Shown: positions 30,299-41,450, numbered from the whole stretch's first letter. The stretch: DNA of 63,596 nucleotides, filler included, from Candidatus Aminicenantales bacterium (GCA_049515535.1; 4 parts of 4 records of this genome joined end to end with filler, not necessarily neighbours in it); one strand, 5' to 3'. Notes: generated by a model not told the origin, from the letters alone. Translations and numbers: made by a program.

Positions 30299-31129
30299 AT
30301 GAACAAAAAAAATTGCTTATGGAAGAAAATAACTGCGATTCTATGCGTTTTAGCCCTTAGCGGATGTGTAACCAAATATCCCATCAAATATGAGCTTATA
30401 CCGCCGAAAGTCGTTGTTTCCAATACGAAAATCCCCTTAAATGTTCAACTGGCCAGGTTCTCTGATGTTCGTCCCGCAGAGGAAAGAACCGGGCTGAGCA
30501 GGGAAACTCCTCTGTTTACATCTCAGGGCGGCCAGGGTTACACTATCGATAAGGGATTCAACGGCCTTGTCGCCGAAGAGATTTCGAAAATGGTGGTGGA
30601 ACATTTAAGATTCTCCGGGGTTTTCGACAGCATCTCGCTGGCATCATTCGCGTCGGAGGAAATATCGGACTCGATGTTGGATGCCCTACATGAAAAAGGA
30701 GTGGACGCGGTTATTCTGGGAGAGTTGAATCATTTCTATGGATACTATCAATATCACCCCGGGTTGTATTGGCTTTACGGCATTTCTTTGAGTTTCGTCA
30801 GCGCACTTCTCTTGAACTTTTTCTTTCCGTCAGAGACAATACGATATATCCTGTGTTGGCCACCTGGATTTGCTCTCGGAAATTATCTAGAATCTTTGCA
30901 CAAACGAGATATCAGATACTCCACTCAACTTTCTCTCAAAATGATCAGGACATCGAATCGCGAAGCTCTCTGGGAAGGCGTTTTTAATGTCTCCAGGCAG
31001 TTGTACGATAAAATGCCCGGCCTGCTTAGTTGGATGTCGAAAAGATACGAGGTTGCGGTCAGCTCTTTGAGGGAAGTCGTCAATAATATTGTCACGAATC
31101 TGGTCTCTGCGGGAATTAAAATCAACTAA
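30299..31129 (+). CDS. Putative lipoprotein
   Basis: LALSG|C lipobox; internal hydrophobic segment; lower GC. Confidence 0.7.
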   Translation: MNKKNCLWKKITAILCVLALSGCVTKYPIKYELIPPKVVVSNTKIPLNVQLARFSDVRPAEERTGLSRETPLFTSQGGQGYTIDKGFNGLVAEEISKMVVEHLRFSGVFDSISLASFASEEISDSMLDALHEKGVDAVILGELNHFYGYYQYHPGLYWLYGISLSFVSALLLNFFFPSETIRYILCWPPGFALGNYLESLHKRDIRYSTQLSLKMIRTSNREALWEGVFNVSRQLYDKMPGLLSWMSKRYEVAVSSLREVVNNIVTNLVSAGIKIN

Positions 31130-31387
31130 AGGGCAAATAAAGCGCAGGCGCTAGCCATAATCCGTCGTATTTTTTTGCATTATTCTAAAATCACTCAAAT
31201 GAGGATTTATACTTTTCGTTGATTAAATATTCGAAATATTTATCAATAGATTACGAGCTCCTTTTTATCTTCCTCCCCTTATCCGGCCCAATCTCAATCA
31301 TCCTAGAGTGCTGGAGTTCAAGAAAGATGAGCAAAGCTTTCTTTTAGCTCGCGATCGACATGGCCATTTTCCAGCACGAGAAATCAA

Positions 31388-31642
31388 GAACAAGTCGTCT
31401 CGGGGAAGAGCGGCGCCAGCGGCTGATTATCTGATTATCGATGGTTTCGGAACATCTCGGGCAAGTCGTCGAGTGGGCTGGAGAGAGCGGCGCCGGTGGC
31501 TGATTATCGATTTATAGATGTGATGTCAGAACGTCATTGGCAAGTCGTCGAGGGGGGAAGAAATATCGACGGCATCTGATTATCGATTTATTGTGGAATT
31601 TTCAAGACGTCCTTGGGCAAGAAGGAGAAAGGGGGGAAGAAC
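31388..31642 (+). repeat. Cluster 3 of tandem repeat family
   Basis: Anchors at 31389, 31460, 31539, 31616. Confidence 0.9.
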
Positions 31643-31891
31643 AATTTAGTTATGGATTCCCATGCTAAAAGCGGAAAGATTCATGTTGCTCAGAAGCGGA
31701 AATATTCATGTTGCTTTGACATATCTAAAGCTGGCCTTGACATCTTTTTGAGTCGTGATTTACAATTCCCCACGATGTTAGGATGGGCAAATGGGGGTAA
31801 AGATGCTCACTTGTCCGGCGCAGACGAAAAGGAAATGCTTTGCTTATCCATTGCCCTAGCAACTTACTGACAATTCTGGGGGAGGACTAAA

Positions 31892-34831
31892 ATGAGTGTT
31901 TGTAAAAAACTTCAGATGCCGTGGTTCTTGTCGGTTTTGGTGGTCACGCTCTGCGTGGCTGCCGCAACTCCGCAGGTTGCTCAAAACGCCGCCCAAATTG
32001 ACTCTGCGGCGCAGGCGCAAGCTAAGTCCTTGTCGCTTGCGCAGGCAATGCCCGTCGATCCGCAAATTACCATAGGCAAGCTCCCCAATGGGCTCCGCTA
32101 TTACATCCGGACAAATAAATTACCTGAGAAACGGGCGGAGCTGCGTCTTGCGGTGAACGCGGGCTCCGTGCTCGAGGACAACGACCAACTCGGCCTTGCG
32201 CACATGGTCGAACACATGTCTTTCAATGGCACGAAACATTTCGAGAAGCAGCAGATTGTCAATTTCATGGAGTCGATTGGGATGCGCTTCGGCCCCAGCC
32301 TGAACGCATTCACGAGCTTCGACGAAACGGTCTACATGCTTACGATTCCAACCGACAAGCCGGAGCTGATGGACAAGGCGTTTCTGGTTCTCGAGGACTG
32401 GGCGCAGAACCTCTCCTTCGATCCGACTGAGATCGACAAGGAGCGCGGCGTCATAGTCGAAGAATGGCGGCTGGGCCGGGGCGCTAACGCCAGGATGCAG
32501 GACAAGCAGTTTCCAATCCTGTTCAAGGGCTCCCGCTACGCCGATCGTCTTCCTATCGGCAAAAAGGAAACCATCGAGACGTTCAAGCACGATGTGCTCA
32601 AGCGGTTCTATAAGGACTGGTACCGGCCGGACCTGATGGCCGTAATCGCCGTCGGAGACTTCGACAAGGCCGCTGTAGAGGGCCTCATTAAGCAACATTT
32701 CGAGTCGATTCCGGCGGCGAATGTTCCCAGGCTGCGGCCAACGTACAATGTCCCCGACCATCCAGAGACCCTATACGCGGTCGCTACGGACAAAGAAGCA
32801 ACCATGACGTCAATCTCCGTTTACAACAAGATGCCACTGCGCGAGCAGGGTACCGTGGGAGTCTACCGGCAGATGATCTTGGACCGGCTCGCTGCCGGCA
32901 TGCTTAGCCGCCGACTATCTGACATGACTCAAAAGCCGGACGCCCCCTTTGTCATGGCCGGCGCAGGCCGGTCGATTTTTGTCCGCACGAAGGAAGCGGC
33001 GATGCTGTACGCGATCCCCAAGGAGGGCGGCATCGAGCGTGCGTTGGACGCGCTCTTGACAGAGGCGGCCAGGGTTGCACGGTTTGGCTTTACTGCGACG
33101 GAGTTCGAGCGCGAGAAGCTGCAAGCGTTGCGGACATACGAGCGGTATTACGCCGAGAAGGACAAACAAGAGTCCGCGGTCCTGGCTGCCGAGTTCATCC
33201 GGAATTTCACGCAGAACGAACCGTTGCCCGGCCCCGCTCTGGAATATGCCCTCTATCAGCGGTTTCTACCCGAGATCACGATCGATGAGGTCAACAAAGT
33301 TGCAAAGGACTGGATGAGTGAATCGAGCCGGGTTGTGGTCGTAAGCGCTCCTGAGAAGGACGGCGTGACCGTGCCGGACGAAACGAAGCTTGCGGCCGTG
33401 GTTAAGGGCGTCGGGACAAAGGAGATTGCCGCGTATGTTGACACCGTCGCCAACCAGGCACTCCTCGACAAAATGCCTGAGCCGGGGAAGATTGTAAAAA
33501 CCACCTCCAAGGAAGCGTTCGGCATCACGGAGTGGGATCTCTCGAACGGCGTGAAAGTCGTGCTCAAGCCGACAATATACAAGCAGGACGAGATTGTGTT
33601 CCGTGCGTTCAGTCCCGGTGGCTATCAGCTTGCGAGCGACCAGGACTTTATTCCTGCGAGAACCGCCGCCCAGGTGATGTCCGTCACGGGTGTGGGCAAA
33701 TTCAGCGCGATCGATCTCCGGAAGATGCTTGCCGGCAAGATTGCGTCCGTGGGAGCACTGATATCTGAGATGGAAGAAGGGTTGAGCGGAAGCGGCTCGC
33801 CGAAAGACCTAGAGACGATGTTTCAGCTTATCTATCTGAGGTTCACACAACCGCGTGCGGACCAGGGGGCCTTTGCTGCGCACATCGCCCAAGGGAAGAC
33901 GATCCTGGCCAACCAGCAGAGGAGCCCCGAATGGGCGTTCAACGAGACGCTGCAGAGGACCCTGACGCAGGACCACCCTCGAGCGCGCCCGATGACGGCT
34001 GAAATGATCGACCAGATGGATCTCGACAAATCGCTCGCCTTCTACAAGGACCGGTTCGCCGATGCCGGCGACTTTACCTTCGTGTTCGTAGGGAGCTTCA
34101 CCGTGGAGATGATAAAACCGTTTGTCGAACGGTATCTCGCGTCGTTGCCCGCCCTGCACCGGAACGAAACCTGGAAGGACGTGGGAATCCGACCGCCGAA
34201 AGGCGTGGTCGAGAAGACCGTCCTGAAGGGCATTGAGCCCAAGAGCCAGGCGGCCGTCTTCTTCACTGGACCGTTCCAGTACGATCAAGAGCATCGCGTT
34301 GCGATCCGAGCCTTGAGCATGATCTTGGAGACGAGGCTTCGTGAGGTGCTGCGTGAAGATCTGAGCGGGACTTACGGCGTCAGCGTATCGTCAAATTACA
34401 CAAAGATCCCGACCGAGACGTACACCTTCCCGATCCAATTTGGCTGCAATCCGCAGCGCACGCAGGAACTGGTCAAGGTCATTTTCCAGGAGATCGAGAA
34501 TCTGAAGAAAAACGGTCCCAGCGAGAAACAGGTCAGCGACGTAAGGGCGCAGCTAATTCGGGATTTTGAAACGAACATGCAGCAGAACAGTTATCTGTTG
34601 AGCCAGATCTATCTCCGGTACCAGTTCCCGGAGGATCTCGGGAAATTTTTCGGTCTGCCCGAATACTACAAGACCCTGAATGCAAAGATAATTTGGGATG
34701 CGGCCCGCACGTATCTCAACACGGATAACTATGTGAAGGTCTTGCTGCTGCCGGAGGTAAAGTCCGCGGCTCGCTCTGTCGAAAGAGATCGGGACGATGA
34801 GCCGGCCATCGAACAGCGACCGGCCGCCTGA
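31892..34831 (+). CDS. pqqL: M16 zinc protease (PqqL-like), secreted
   Basis: GKLPNGLRYYI, GLAHMVEHMSFNGT (HxxEH), NAFTSFDETVY, LSNGVKVVLKPT. Confidence 0.88.
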   Translation: MSVCKKLQMPWFLSVLVVTLCVAAATPQVAQNAAQIDSAAQAQAKSLSLAQAMPVDPQITIGKLPNGLRYYIRTNKLPEKRAELRLAVNAGSVLEDNDQLGLAHMVEHMSFNGTKHFEKQQIVNFMESIGMRFGPSLNAFTSFDETVYMLTIPTDKPELMDKAFLVLEDWAQNLSFDPTEIDKERGVIVEEWRLGRGANARMQDKQFPILFKGSRYADRLPIGKKETIETFKHDVLKRFYKDWYRPDLMAVIAVGDFDKAAVEGLIKQHFESIPAANVPRLRPTYNVPDHPETLYAVATDKEATMTSISVYNKMPLREQGTVGVYRQMILDRLAAGMLSRRLSDMTQKPDAPFVMAGAGRSIFVRTKEAAMLYAIPKEGGIERALDALLTEAARVARFGFTATEFEREKLQALRTYERYYAEKDKQESAVLAAEFIRNFTQNEPLPGPALEYALYQRFLPEITIDEVNKVAKDWMSESSRVVVVSAPEKDGVTVPDETKLAAVVKGVGTKEIAAYVDTVANQALLDKMPEPGKIVKTTSKEAFGITEWDLSNGVKVVLKPTIYKQDEIVFRAFSPGGYQLASDQDFIPARTAAQVMSVTGVGKFSAIDLRKMLAGKIASVGALISEMEEGLSGSGSPKDLETMFQLIYLRFTQPRADQGAFAAHIAQGKTILANQQRSPEWAFNETLQRTLTQDHPRARPMTAEMIDQMDLDKSLAFYKDRFADAGDFTFVFVGSFTVEMIKPFVERYLASLPALHRNETWKDVGIRPPKGVVEKTVLKGIEPKSQAAVFFTGPFQYDQEHRVAIRALSMILETRLREVLREDLSGTYGVSVSSNYTKIPTETYTFPIQFGCNPQRTQELVKVIFQEIENLKKNGPSEKQVSDVRAQLIRDFETNMQQNSYLLSQIYLRYQFPEDLGKFFGLPEYYKTLNAKIIWDAARTYLNTDNYVKVLLLPEVKSAARSVERDRDDEPAIEQRPAA

Positions 34832-34849
34832 AGATAACAAAAGCAGGGA

Positions 34850-35105
34850 TCGGGGATTGCCAAAGCAGAAGATCTTGCCCGTCAGCTTATTATCGGTCAC
34901 GTCGAAAAACCCTAAAGTCGCGACGAACACCTTGCCGCCGTAGAGGACCAGAGTCGGTGCCGAGAACATGCTGTCCAGAGCGGAGAGTCCGCGAGACCAG
35001 ATCGGCTTCGCGTCGACGGCTCTGATGCATGTTACGATGCTGTCTCGGCCTTTTATCCATTTTGAAGACCCAAAGTCAGTTTTCGCGGCAACCCCGATTT
35101 GGACA
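34850..35105 (-). pseudogene. 3' fragment of a PQQ-repeat beta-propeller gene
   Basis: Open frame ...VTCIRAVDAKPIWS...SAPTLVLYGGKVFVATL...GKIFCFG running back into repeat cluster 4 with no upstream gene start. Confidence 0.5.
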
Positions 35106-35280
35106 GAGAGGAAAGGGGGAAGGGGAAATCGGCGGCTGATTATTGATTTTTAAATGAAGTTCCAGAACATCCCGGGCAAGTCGGAGGGGGGGAAGACAGA
35201 GGGCGGCGCCAGGCGGCTAATTAGAGATTTCTGGAAATAACTTCAGGAAACCGAGGGCAATTCGGAGAGGGGGAAGAATT
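35101..35280 (+). repeat. Cluster 4 of tandem repeat family
   Basis: GGCGGCTGATTATTGATTT...; anchors at 35175 and 35256. Confidence 0.85.
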
Positions 35281-35366
35281 CTCACTATAAAGAATGAAAT
35301 GAAACCTCGAGTTGACAAATTAGAAAATAGATTTATGCTTAGAATGAACACAAAGGAGAGAGGGTA

Positions 35367-35642
35367 ATGAAATCTAAGTTTTGGGCGCCGGCTATAGGCT
35401 GCGCTTTTATATCTTTCATCATTTTATGGATCGCGATAGAGGAAATCTTCTCCTCGATTCCTCCTTCCCGTGTCCATGTCTTGGGTTACCAAGTGGCTGG
35501 CATCCTCGCTTTCGTAGGAATAGCGGGAATCGCCATAGGGATCAAAATCTTGAAAAAGAGGCAACTGCTTGCTGCCGGGCTGATTGGCTTCTTTCTTGTT
35601 CCTGTTGTCATTGCGATTATAGTCTTCATTTTTGGCCCTTAA
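35367..35642 (+). CDS. Small 3-TM membrane protein
   Basis: 91 aa hydrophobic ORF; TTGACA-N16-TATGCT promoter at about 35312; RBS present. Confidence 0.7.
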   Translation: MKSKFWAPAIGCAFISFIILWIAIEEIFSSIPPSRVHVLGYQVAGILAFVGIAGIAIGIKILKKRQLLAAGLIGFFLVPVVIAIIVFIFGP

Positions 35643-35734
35643 TTCTATTAATGACAAGGGTACTTTAATAGATTTTCAACTACCTTGTGATCGTTCCACA
35701 TCCAGCCTCTCGGGCGCTAACGATTAACATTTTT

Positions 35735-35845
35735 GGCAAGTCGTCTCGGGGAAGCGGCGCTGGGCGGCTGAATATTGATTAGAAGACGTGATTTCATAGC
35801 GACTAGGGCGAACGAACGGCGGCTGGGCGGATGATTATGAATCTA
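35735..35845 (+). repeat. Cluster 5 of tandem repeat family
   Basis: GGCAAGTCGTCTCGGGGAAGCGGCGCTGGGCGGCTGAATATTGATT... Confidence 0.85.
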
Positions 35846-35978
35846 TTGACATTAGTCTTTGGCCGGGGATATCATTTTTTCGCGAGGGAGGTTGATGCGC
35901 TCTCAAGCGAGGATGGGCCGTCAGGTGTGCGCATAATCAGTGGAGAGTGGCTCGCCCGCTTGAAACGATGAGGTGATC

Positions 35979-36608
35979 ATGGCTTCCCACAGGAAATACT
36001 TCCCGGCGGCAGGACTGGACTGGGCTTTGCCCATCTACGATCCGTTGGCCAAGCTGCTGGGCGGTGACGCGATCTGGAGTGCGTTTGTTGAGCGGATGGA
36101 GCTTGCGCCCGGCCAGCGCTTCCTCGATATCGGTTGCGGTACCGGCACTTTGGCCGTGCTCATCCAGCAGCTTCATCCAGGCGTCGCCGTCGTCGGACTC
36201 GATCCCGATCCCAGGGTGCTCGTCCGCGCAGCACGCAAAGCCGAGTGCGCCGGCGTTGAGGTCCACTTCGACCGGGGTTTTTCGGACCAACTTCCCTATG
36301 CCGACGCCTCCTTCGACCGCGTGTTCTGCAACATTTTCAGCCTTCTTCCGCACGAGGAGAAAGAAACAACGCTCGGCGAAGTGCGCCGCGTGCTGAGGCC
36401 CGGCGGCTCGTTTCATCTCGTCGATATGGTGAAGGCGCCCTCCGGTTTCTCTTTCTGGCGTCTGTTTAAGCGCACCCAGCGTTTTGAGTTCTGCACTGAG
36501 GAGCAAATTTTCGACCTGATGCGTGAAGCCGGGCTAACTGACCCGAGAAAAACCGGCGAATACAAGGTGTGGTTTTGGCCCTTCGTCAACTACCAGGCCT
36601 CTCGATAA
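35979..36608 (+). CDS. Class I SAM-dependent methyltransferase (UbiE-like)
   Basis: LDIGCGTG, LPYADASFDRV and RRVLRPGG motifs. Confidence 0.88.
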   Translation: MASHRKYFPAAGLDWALPIYDPLAKLLGGDAIWSAFVERMELAPGQRFLDIGCGTGTLAVLIQQLHPGVAVVGLDPDPRVLVRAARKAECAGVEVHFDRGFSDQLPYADASFDRVFCNIFSLLPHEEKETTLGEVRRVLRPGGSFHLVDMVKAPSGFSFWRLFKRTQRFEFCTEEQIFDLMREAGLTDPRKTGEYKVWFWPFVNYQASR

Positions 36609-36643
36609 TCTGCGACCGGGCCGGTACGCTCCACGGGCCCACC

Positions 36644-36670
36644 GAAGGGAAAGCGGCGCCGGGCGGCTGT
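36644..36670 (+). repeat. Partial unit of tandem repeat family (cluster 6)
   Basis: GAAGGGAAAGCGGCGCCGGGCGGCTG. Confidence 0.6.
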
Positions 36671-36695
36671 GTCCTCTAGAAAGTGGTAAATCCCC

Positions 36696-37325
36696 CTATG
36701 CCTCTATGACATATCGGTTGTTGCAGCAGTCGTCCCCCTGCATGAGGGTCTTCGTCCGGATCATGCGCATCTTAGGATTGAAAGCTTTGGCCGACCCAAA
36801 ATCCGCGTAGCAGGAGAGGATGTAGCCGAGGTCGCCGGCGCTGAAGTCGCGGTAGGTCTTGGCCCAAAGACATTCGGTGACCTTGATTTCGAACGCCTGC
36901 GGCGTGTCCTCGATGATTTGGAACGTCAGCACGTTCTGATAGAAACTGTCGGGCTTGCGGAAGTTCTGGGTATACGTCGCCAGGTCATTCTTGCCCGCCT
37001 TCTTAGGGAATTCCGTCTTTTGTTGTTTTTTAGGCAGGTCAATAATGCGCTTTATCATCTCATGCAATTTCTCGCGCCCGATTTCTGTTTCGAGGCCTCT
37101 CCAGATCGTGATGGGAGCGACATAGGCTACAATGAAAACCTCTGCGAAGCTCAATCCCGAGTCCGCGAGAAACTTGTGCTTTTGGCCCGCGGCTTTGGCC
37201 TTTTGCTCTGCCTGGAACGCGCGAAGCAGGCATGGTGCTCCAAAGCACAACAGTGCGCCTCCGGGCAAGGCGGTCTTGAGAAAGGACCTCCGGCCGGACA
37301 GTAGCTGTGATTCGAGACTGTTCAT
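36696..37325 (-). CDS. L-2-amino-thiazoline-4-carboxylate hydrolase-like protein with Tat signal
   Basis: GRRSFLK twin-arginine signal; VTECLWA, C..D, RTKTLMQGDDCC motifs. Confidence 0.75.
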   Translation of the reverse strand: MNSLESQLLSGRRSFLKTALPGGALLCFGAPCLLRAFQAEQKAKAAGQKHKFLADSGLSFAEVFIVAYVAPITIWRGLETEIGREKLHEMIKRIIDLPKKQQKTEFPKKAGKNDLATYTQNFRKPDSFYQNVLTFQIIEDTPQAFEIKVTECLWAKTYRDFSAGDLGYILSCYADFGSAKAFNPKMRMIRTKTLMQGDDCCNNRYVIEA

Positions 37326-37469
37326 CGGAACCTCCTCTGCTTTCCCCCGAGTTATATGTTCAATATAGGCAGCGGAGTTGTGTCTGTCAACCAAGTTTAA
37401 TTTTCTTCTCGCAAGTGTGTTGGGGCAACGTGAATATTTCCGCTATGTCAATAGGCTATGATCTTTCAT

Positions 37470-37610
37470 GAGAAGGCGCCGGGCGGGTGAATATTGATTT
37501 ATAGACGTGGATGAAGGTTCTGTTGGGCAAGTCATCGAGGGGAAACGGCGTCGGCGGCTGATATTCGATATCATGAAATGCCGCGGAAATAAGTCAAGAA
37601 GCGGCGAGGC
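37470..37610 (+). repeat. Cluster 7 of tandem repeat family
   Basis: AGAAGGCGCCGGGCGGGTGAATATTGATTTATAGACGTG...GGGCAAGTCATCGAGGGG. Confidence 0.8.
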
Positions 37611-37723
37611 AATTGATTTTAAGAGGAAAAGGACATATCTTATGGTTTATGAATTTCGATGATGAAGCGGGGGGACAGAAACGAAATGGAAAAAACGAGG
37701 CCGACACCCCGGAGAGGAAACTC

Positions 37724-39070
37724 ATGAATGAAAAATTCCGGTCGCTGATCTTTTGGGGCGCTTGGGCCGTAGGAGCGGTGATGTTTTTGGCCCAGATCGT
37801 TTCTGCTGGGCAAGAAAAATGGAAGGGCCAGATCTATCTGCTTAAGGGGGATGCGGGGACGATCGAGTTTACGCGAGAGAACGCGCGCATTACAGGGAAA
37901 ATCATCATCGCCCGAGGGGAGTATGTTTTCGAAACGCCGATTTATGGGCAGTGGCAGCAAAACGAGATCGTCTTAAGGCGTGCCCTCTCCGAAACAAGCT
38001 CCCAACCGTTCAAGGGCACCGTAACTTTCGTGGATGCGAAACACGTCAAGATGGAGGGCCAGTTTGCGGCGGGTTTTAGCGGAAGTTGGACGTGCGAATG
38101 CGAACTGCTGGAAACCATTGATGCCGGCAAAGCCCCGGGGAAAGAGAGACGGGAAAAGCCGGTCTCTCCAATAACGGGACGCTCGAAAGTCGTTGAAATC
38201 ACCCCTCGGACGCAGCCAAGAGTCATTCTCGATTTTGTGGACAAAGCCTCCAAGGCCAAATGGACGAACGCCTGGCTTGAACTCGGATTTCCGGGAGATC
38301 CGGCCGACAATAAAGGATATGCCCGCCTGGTGGATCAAGCGCGGCTGGAAGACGGAAAAGTCTATCCCCGCGCCCTGGAGACCCATCCCCATCGGAAGCC
38401 TCGGGGCATGATCACCGGCCGCTATTCGGACGTAACGATTCCCGCGTCCGGAGCCGAGCTGCGATCCGGGATCGGATTTTTCGAAGACGCGACGGGTACC
38501 GATGGCGTCTATTTTGAAGTCCGCTGCGAATTCCAGAATTATACGGGAGTTCCCGTGAGGCGAGAATATTTCAAAACGTACGACAAATTCGTGGTCGCAG
38601 ACTTCAGCCAGGATCTCTCCCGCTTCAAGGGATTGAAGGGAATGATCATTCTTTCGGTCAATGCCGGTAAAAAATCGGCCGATCAGGATCGAGCGGTATG
38701 GATGGAACCTAAATTGATGTCTCTCGAGAAAGAGCCCAAATTCGCGACATTTGTGGGAGGCGCTGTCGGCTCGAACCGCAATGGGAATCAATTGACGAAT
38801 GCGTGGGGTGGAAAATCAGGTCAACTCTTCGGAAATATCGTTCTGTATTTACTGTTCGCCAATGTCGATAACACGTATTCGGTGGGTATCGAGTCTTATC
38901 AAGGCGATAATTTTGTGGGGGCCAAAGATCTGGGGACCGTCAACTCAGGGCGCCAGGAAATTTGGGAAACCCTCCAAAGAACCGTGCCGGGAGAATGGCG
39001 CGAGCGGATTATCTTCAACGGGACCTATGTCGGAGACCTCAGGTATACGATCTCGAAGGTCGGCGAATAG
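37724..39070 (+). CDS. Secreted protein with an NPCBM/NEW2-like carbohydrate-binding domain
   Basis: Signal peptide; LEDGKVY..LETHP, IGF..DA..TDGV.FEV and D.AVW.EPKL patterns. Confidence 0.6.
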   Translation: MNEKFRSLIFWGAWAVGAVMFLAQIVSAGQEKWKGQIYLLKGDAGTIEFTRENARITGKIIIARGEYVFETPIYGQWQQNEIVLRRALSETSSQPFKGTVTFVDAKHVKMEGQFAAGFSGSWTCECELLETIDAGKAPGKERREKPVSPITGRSKVVEITPRTQPRVILDFVDKASKAKWTNAWLELGFPGDPADNKGYARLVDQARLEDGKVYPRALETHPHRKPRGMITGRYSDVTIPASGAELRSGIGFFEDATGTDGVYFEVRCEFQNYTGVPVRREYFKTYDKFVVADFSQDLSRFKGLKGMIILSVNAGKKSADQDRAVWMEPKLMSLEKEPKFATFVGGAVGSNRNGNQLTNAWGGKSGQLFGNIVLYLLFANVDNTYSVGIESYQGDNFVGAKDLGTVNSGRQEIWETLQRTVPGEWRERIIFNGTYVGDLRYTISKVGE

Positions 39071-39185
39071 GTCGCCGGAAAAGGACTGAATAATATGAAG
39101 ACTCAAACCAACCTCCGTTTGCGTGGACGCGAGGGGGCCGCCGTTTTCGTTCTTATCGTCCTGCTGTCTGTCGTCGCTCACACCA

Positions 39186-39335
39186 CGGCGCCGCCCTGTG
39201 GCGAGCTCGAACAGAATGACACCGAGCGAGAAGATGTCCGCACGGTGATCGACGGGTCCGCCTTCGGCCTGCTCGGGCGCCATGTAGGCCACGGTGCCGA
39301 CGACACCGCCCGGCGCCCCGCCGCTCTCTACCGAG
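39186..39335 (-). pseudogene. Ser/Thr kinase fragment (subdomains VIII-IX)
   Basis: [37 protein letters not shown] with no flanking kinase sequence. Confidence 0.75.
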
Positions 39336-39338
39336 GGT

Positions 39339-40241
39339 TCACTTGCGCTTGATGTTGGGGACGACCGTGCCCACCGTGACGTTTCCGCTCTGGGCGCTCG
39401 CCAGCGGCAGCGCCGTGCCGAACAGGGCAGTTCCAACCCAGTCGATCTTGATGCGGATAATGCCTGCCACATCCGCCGGCAGCTTCCAGTCGTAGCTTCC
39501 GTTGGTCACCGATCCATAGTTCTGGGGTGCCGGAACATCAGCGACAGCCGACCAGGACTGGCCGCCGTTGGTGGAATAGGAGATCTTCACGACCCCGCCG
39601 CCGGTCCACACCGCCCAGCCAATTTTCTGGACGCTTCCCTTGGCCCATTTTGCGTTCGGACCAGGGACCGACATCGCCAGCAGGGAGTCGGGCAGTTGCA
39701 CTGCGGCCTTCCAGACCCGGCAGCAGATTCCCTCGGCGTCGTATCCTGCCGGTATGTTCGGACTCAAGGAGTAGAAATGGTCCCGGTAGAGTCTCGATCC
39801 GGCGTTGTTCTTATGCCCCCGAACGAACCGGTACAGGGGAACGGTTTCCGGAATCTCCTTGTCGGCCGGGACAACGTGAGCCGCGATGCCCTCCGCCACG
39901 AAATAGGGATCGTTCAACAGGTTGGCCCGTTCTGCCGCGCTGGTCGTGTACACATGGTCGGCACGCATGTCGGCGTAGAAGCGGTACAGCGGCACGGTGT
40001 ACTGCCGGGCGGCGGGAGAAACAAAGCCCTCCACACCTTCGAAAACCCACGAATTCATCAGCCCCGGGTTGCCGGTCGAGTAGAAATGCACCTGCGCATC
40101 CTCCGGATAGGTGAGGTAGTAGCGGTTGAAAGCCTCGGCCGTCACCGTTTGAGCCGAAGCCGCCGCGACGGCCACGAAACACAGGAACGCGGCCAGCGCA
40201 CAAAGCCGCACTGCGCCACTCTCGCTCGGGAACTTCTTCAT
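39339..40241 (-). CDS. Secreted protein with DUF5648-like repeats and a C-terminal beta-sandwich
   Basis: Signal peptide; VPLYRFY..DHVYTTS..E and VPLYRF..DHFYS repeats; [12 protein letters not shown]...NGSYDWKLP. Confidence 0.65.
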   Translation of the reverse strand: MKKFPSESGAVRLCALAAFLCFVAVAAASAQTVTAEAFNRYYLTYPEDAQVHFYSTGNPGLMNSWVFEGVEGFVSPAARQYTVPLYRFYADMRADHVYTTSAAERANLLNDPYFVAEGIAAHVVPADKEIPETVPLYRFVRGHKNNAGSRLYRDHFYSLSPNIPAGYDAEGICCRVWKAAVQLPDSLLAMSVPGPNAKWAKGSVQKIGWAVWTGGGVVKISYSTNGGQSWSAVADVPAPQNYGSVTNGSYDWKLPADVAGIIRIKIDWVGTALFGTALPLASAQSGNVTVGTVVPNIKRK

Positions 40242-40589
40242 CGGAATCCCTCCCCTGCTTTTGTTTGATATTTTTTTGATAAGATATTGCCTTCTATGGG
40301 GGGAAGTATAGGAGGGCTGTTTTTGCCTGTCAAGGGATATTTTGCCAGGAGTTCTCCCAATAATTATGGCGAAAAGAGCTATCGCTGGCCGGTTAATACG
40401 CGAAGCTTCGTCCGCAAATGGCGAGACAAAGCATCGAATTGATTTTGGAGAAAAGAGTGGACAAACTAAAGGAAGAGGAAAAATCGAAAAATGAACAGTT
40501 GATCCAGATCCAGAAAGAACTTCGTCGGTATGAAACCGCCCTCGAATCGCTGAGAAAAGATATTCCTTCACGGAAGAGAAGAGGAAAGG

Positions 40590-41049
40590 AAGAAACAATC
40601 CATCCGTTTCTCGACGGCAACGGTCGAATCGGTCGGCTTCTCATTGCCCTGCAGCTGCATCACGGCGGAGTCTTGGCGCAGCCTTTGCTTTACCTCAGCT
40701 TGTATTTCAAACAACACCGAGACGAGTATTATCGTTTGCTCGATTTGGTGCGGACCGATGGAGACTGGAAAGCTTGGCTCGACTTTTTCTTGGAGGCGTA
40801 GAGCAGACCGCAAATGGCGCGGTCCAAACCGCCCAGAGGCTCGTCCAGACCTTTAAAGAAGACGCGGACCGCATCCGTGATTTAGGACGGACCGCGATCA
40901 CTTCCATGCGCGTGTTCGACTCCTTGCGTTCACGTCCGATCTTGTCCTTGAAGGAGGCCTGCAAGCGCACCGGACTTTCATTTCCCGCAGCTGCTAACGG
41001 CATGAATAATCTCGTTCGCTTGGGCATCGTGAAAATGGTCCAGACATGA
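40590..41049 (+). pseudogene. Fic-domain gene remnant (5'-truncated, frameshifted)
   Basis: ETIHPFLDGNGRIGRLL; 1-nt loss at about 40795 (FFLE-GVEQTA) giving TAG; HTH tail truncated just before repeat cluster 8. Confidence 0.8.
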
Positions 41050-41060
41050 TGTGAGTTTTT

Positions 41061-41170
41061 AACATTCCGGGCAAGTCGTCTCGGGGAAGAGAGAGCGGCG
41101 CGGGCGGCTTATTAATGATTTCAAGACGTGGCTTCGGAACATCCCTGGGCGAGGCGGAGAAGAGGGCGGC
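41061..41170 (+). repeat. Cluster 8 of tandem repeat family
   Basis: CCGGGCAAGTCGTCTCGGGGAAGAGAGAGCGGCGCGGGCGGCTTATTAATGATTTC... Confidence 0.85.
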
Positions 41171-41430
41171 TCGGAATTGGGACGCTATTTATTGAACCCG
41201 GCAGCCCCCGGGAGAACGGATACGTGGAGTCGTTTATCGGGAAGCTGAGGGATGAATTATTGAATGGAGAGATTTTTGAAAAGCTTTTGGAGGCTAGGGT
41301 GTTGATTGAAGCCTAGAGATGGGAATATAACCAGCATAGGTCTCATAGCTCTCTGGGCTATAAGACTCCCGCGCCGGAGACCTTAAAGCTTGAAAATCTC
41401 ACTTCCGGGGCGGTACAGGGACATAGAATT
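41168..41430 (+). mobile_element. IS3-family transposase remnant (integrase core C-terminus)
   Basis: TLFIEPGSP(R)ENGYVESF.GKLRDELLN.E.F..L.EA..LIE*R.EYN..R.HSSLGY.TPA with an internal stop. Confidence 0.85.
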
Positions 41431-41450
41431 GTTTAGTATTCTCCCGGGCC

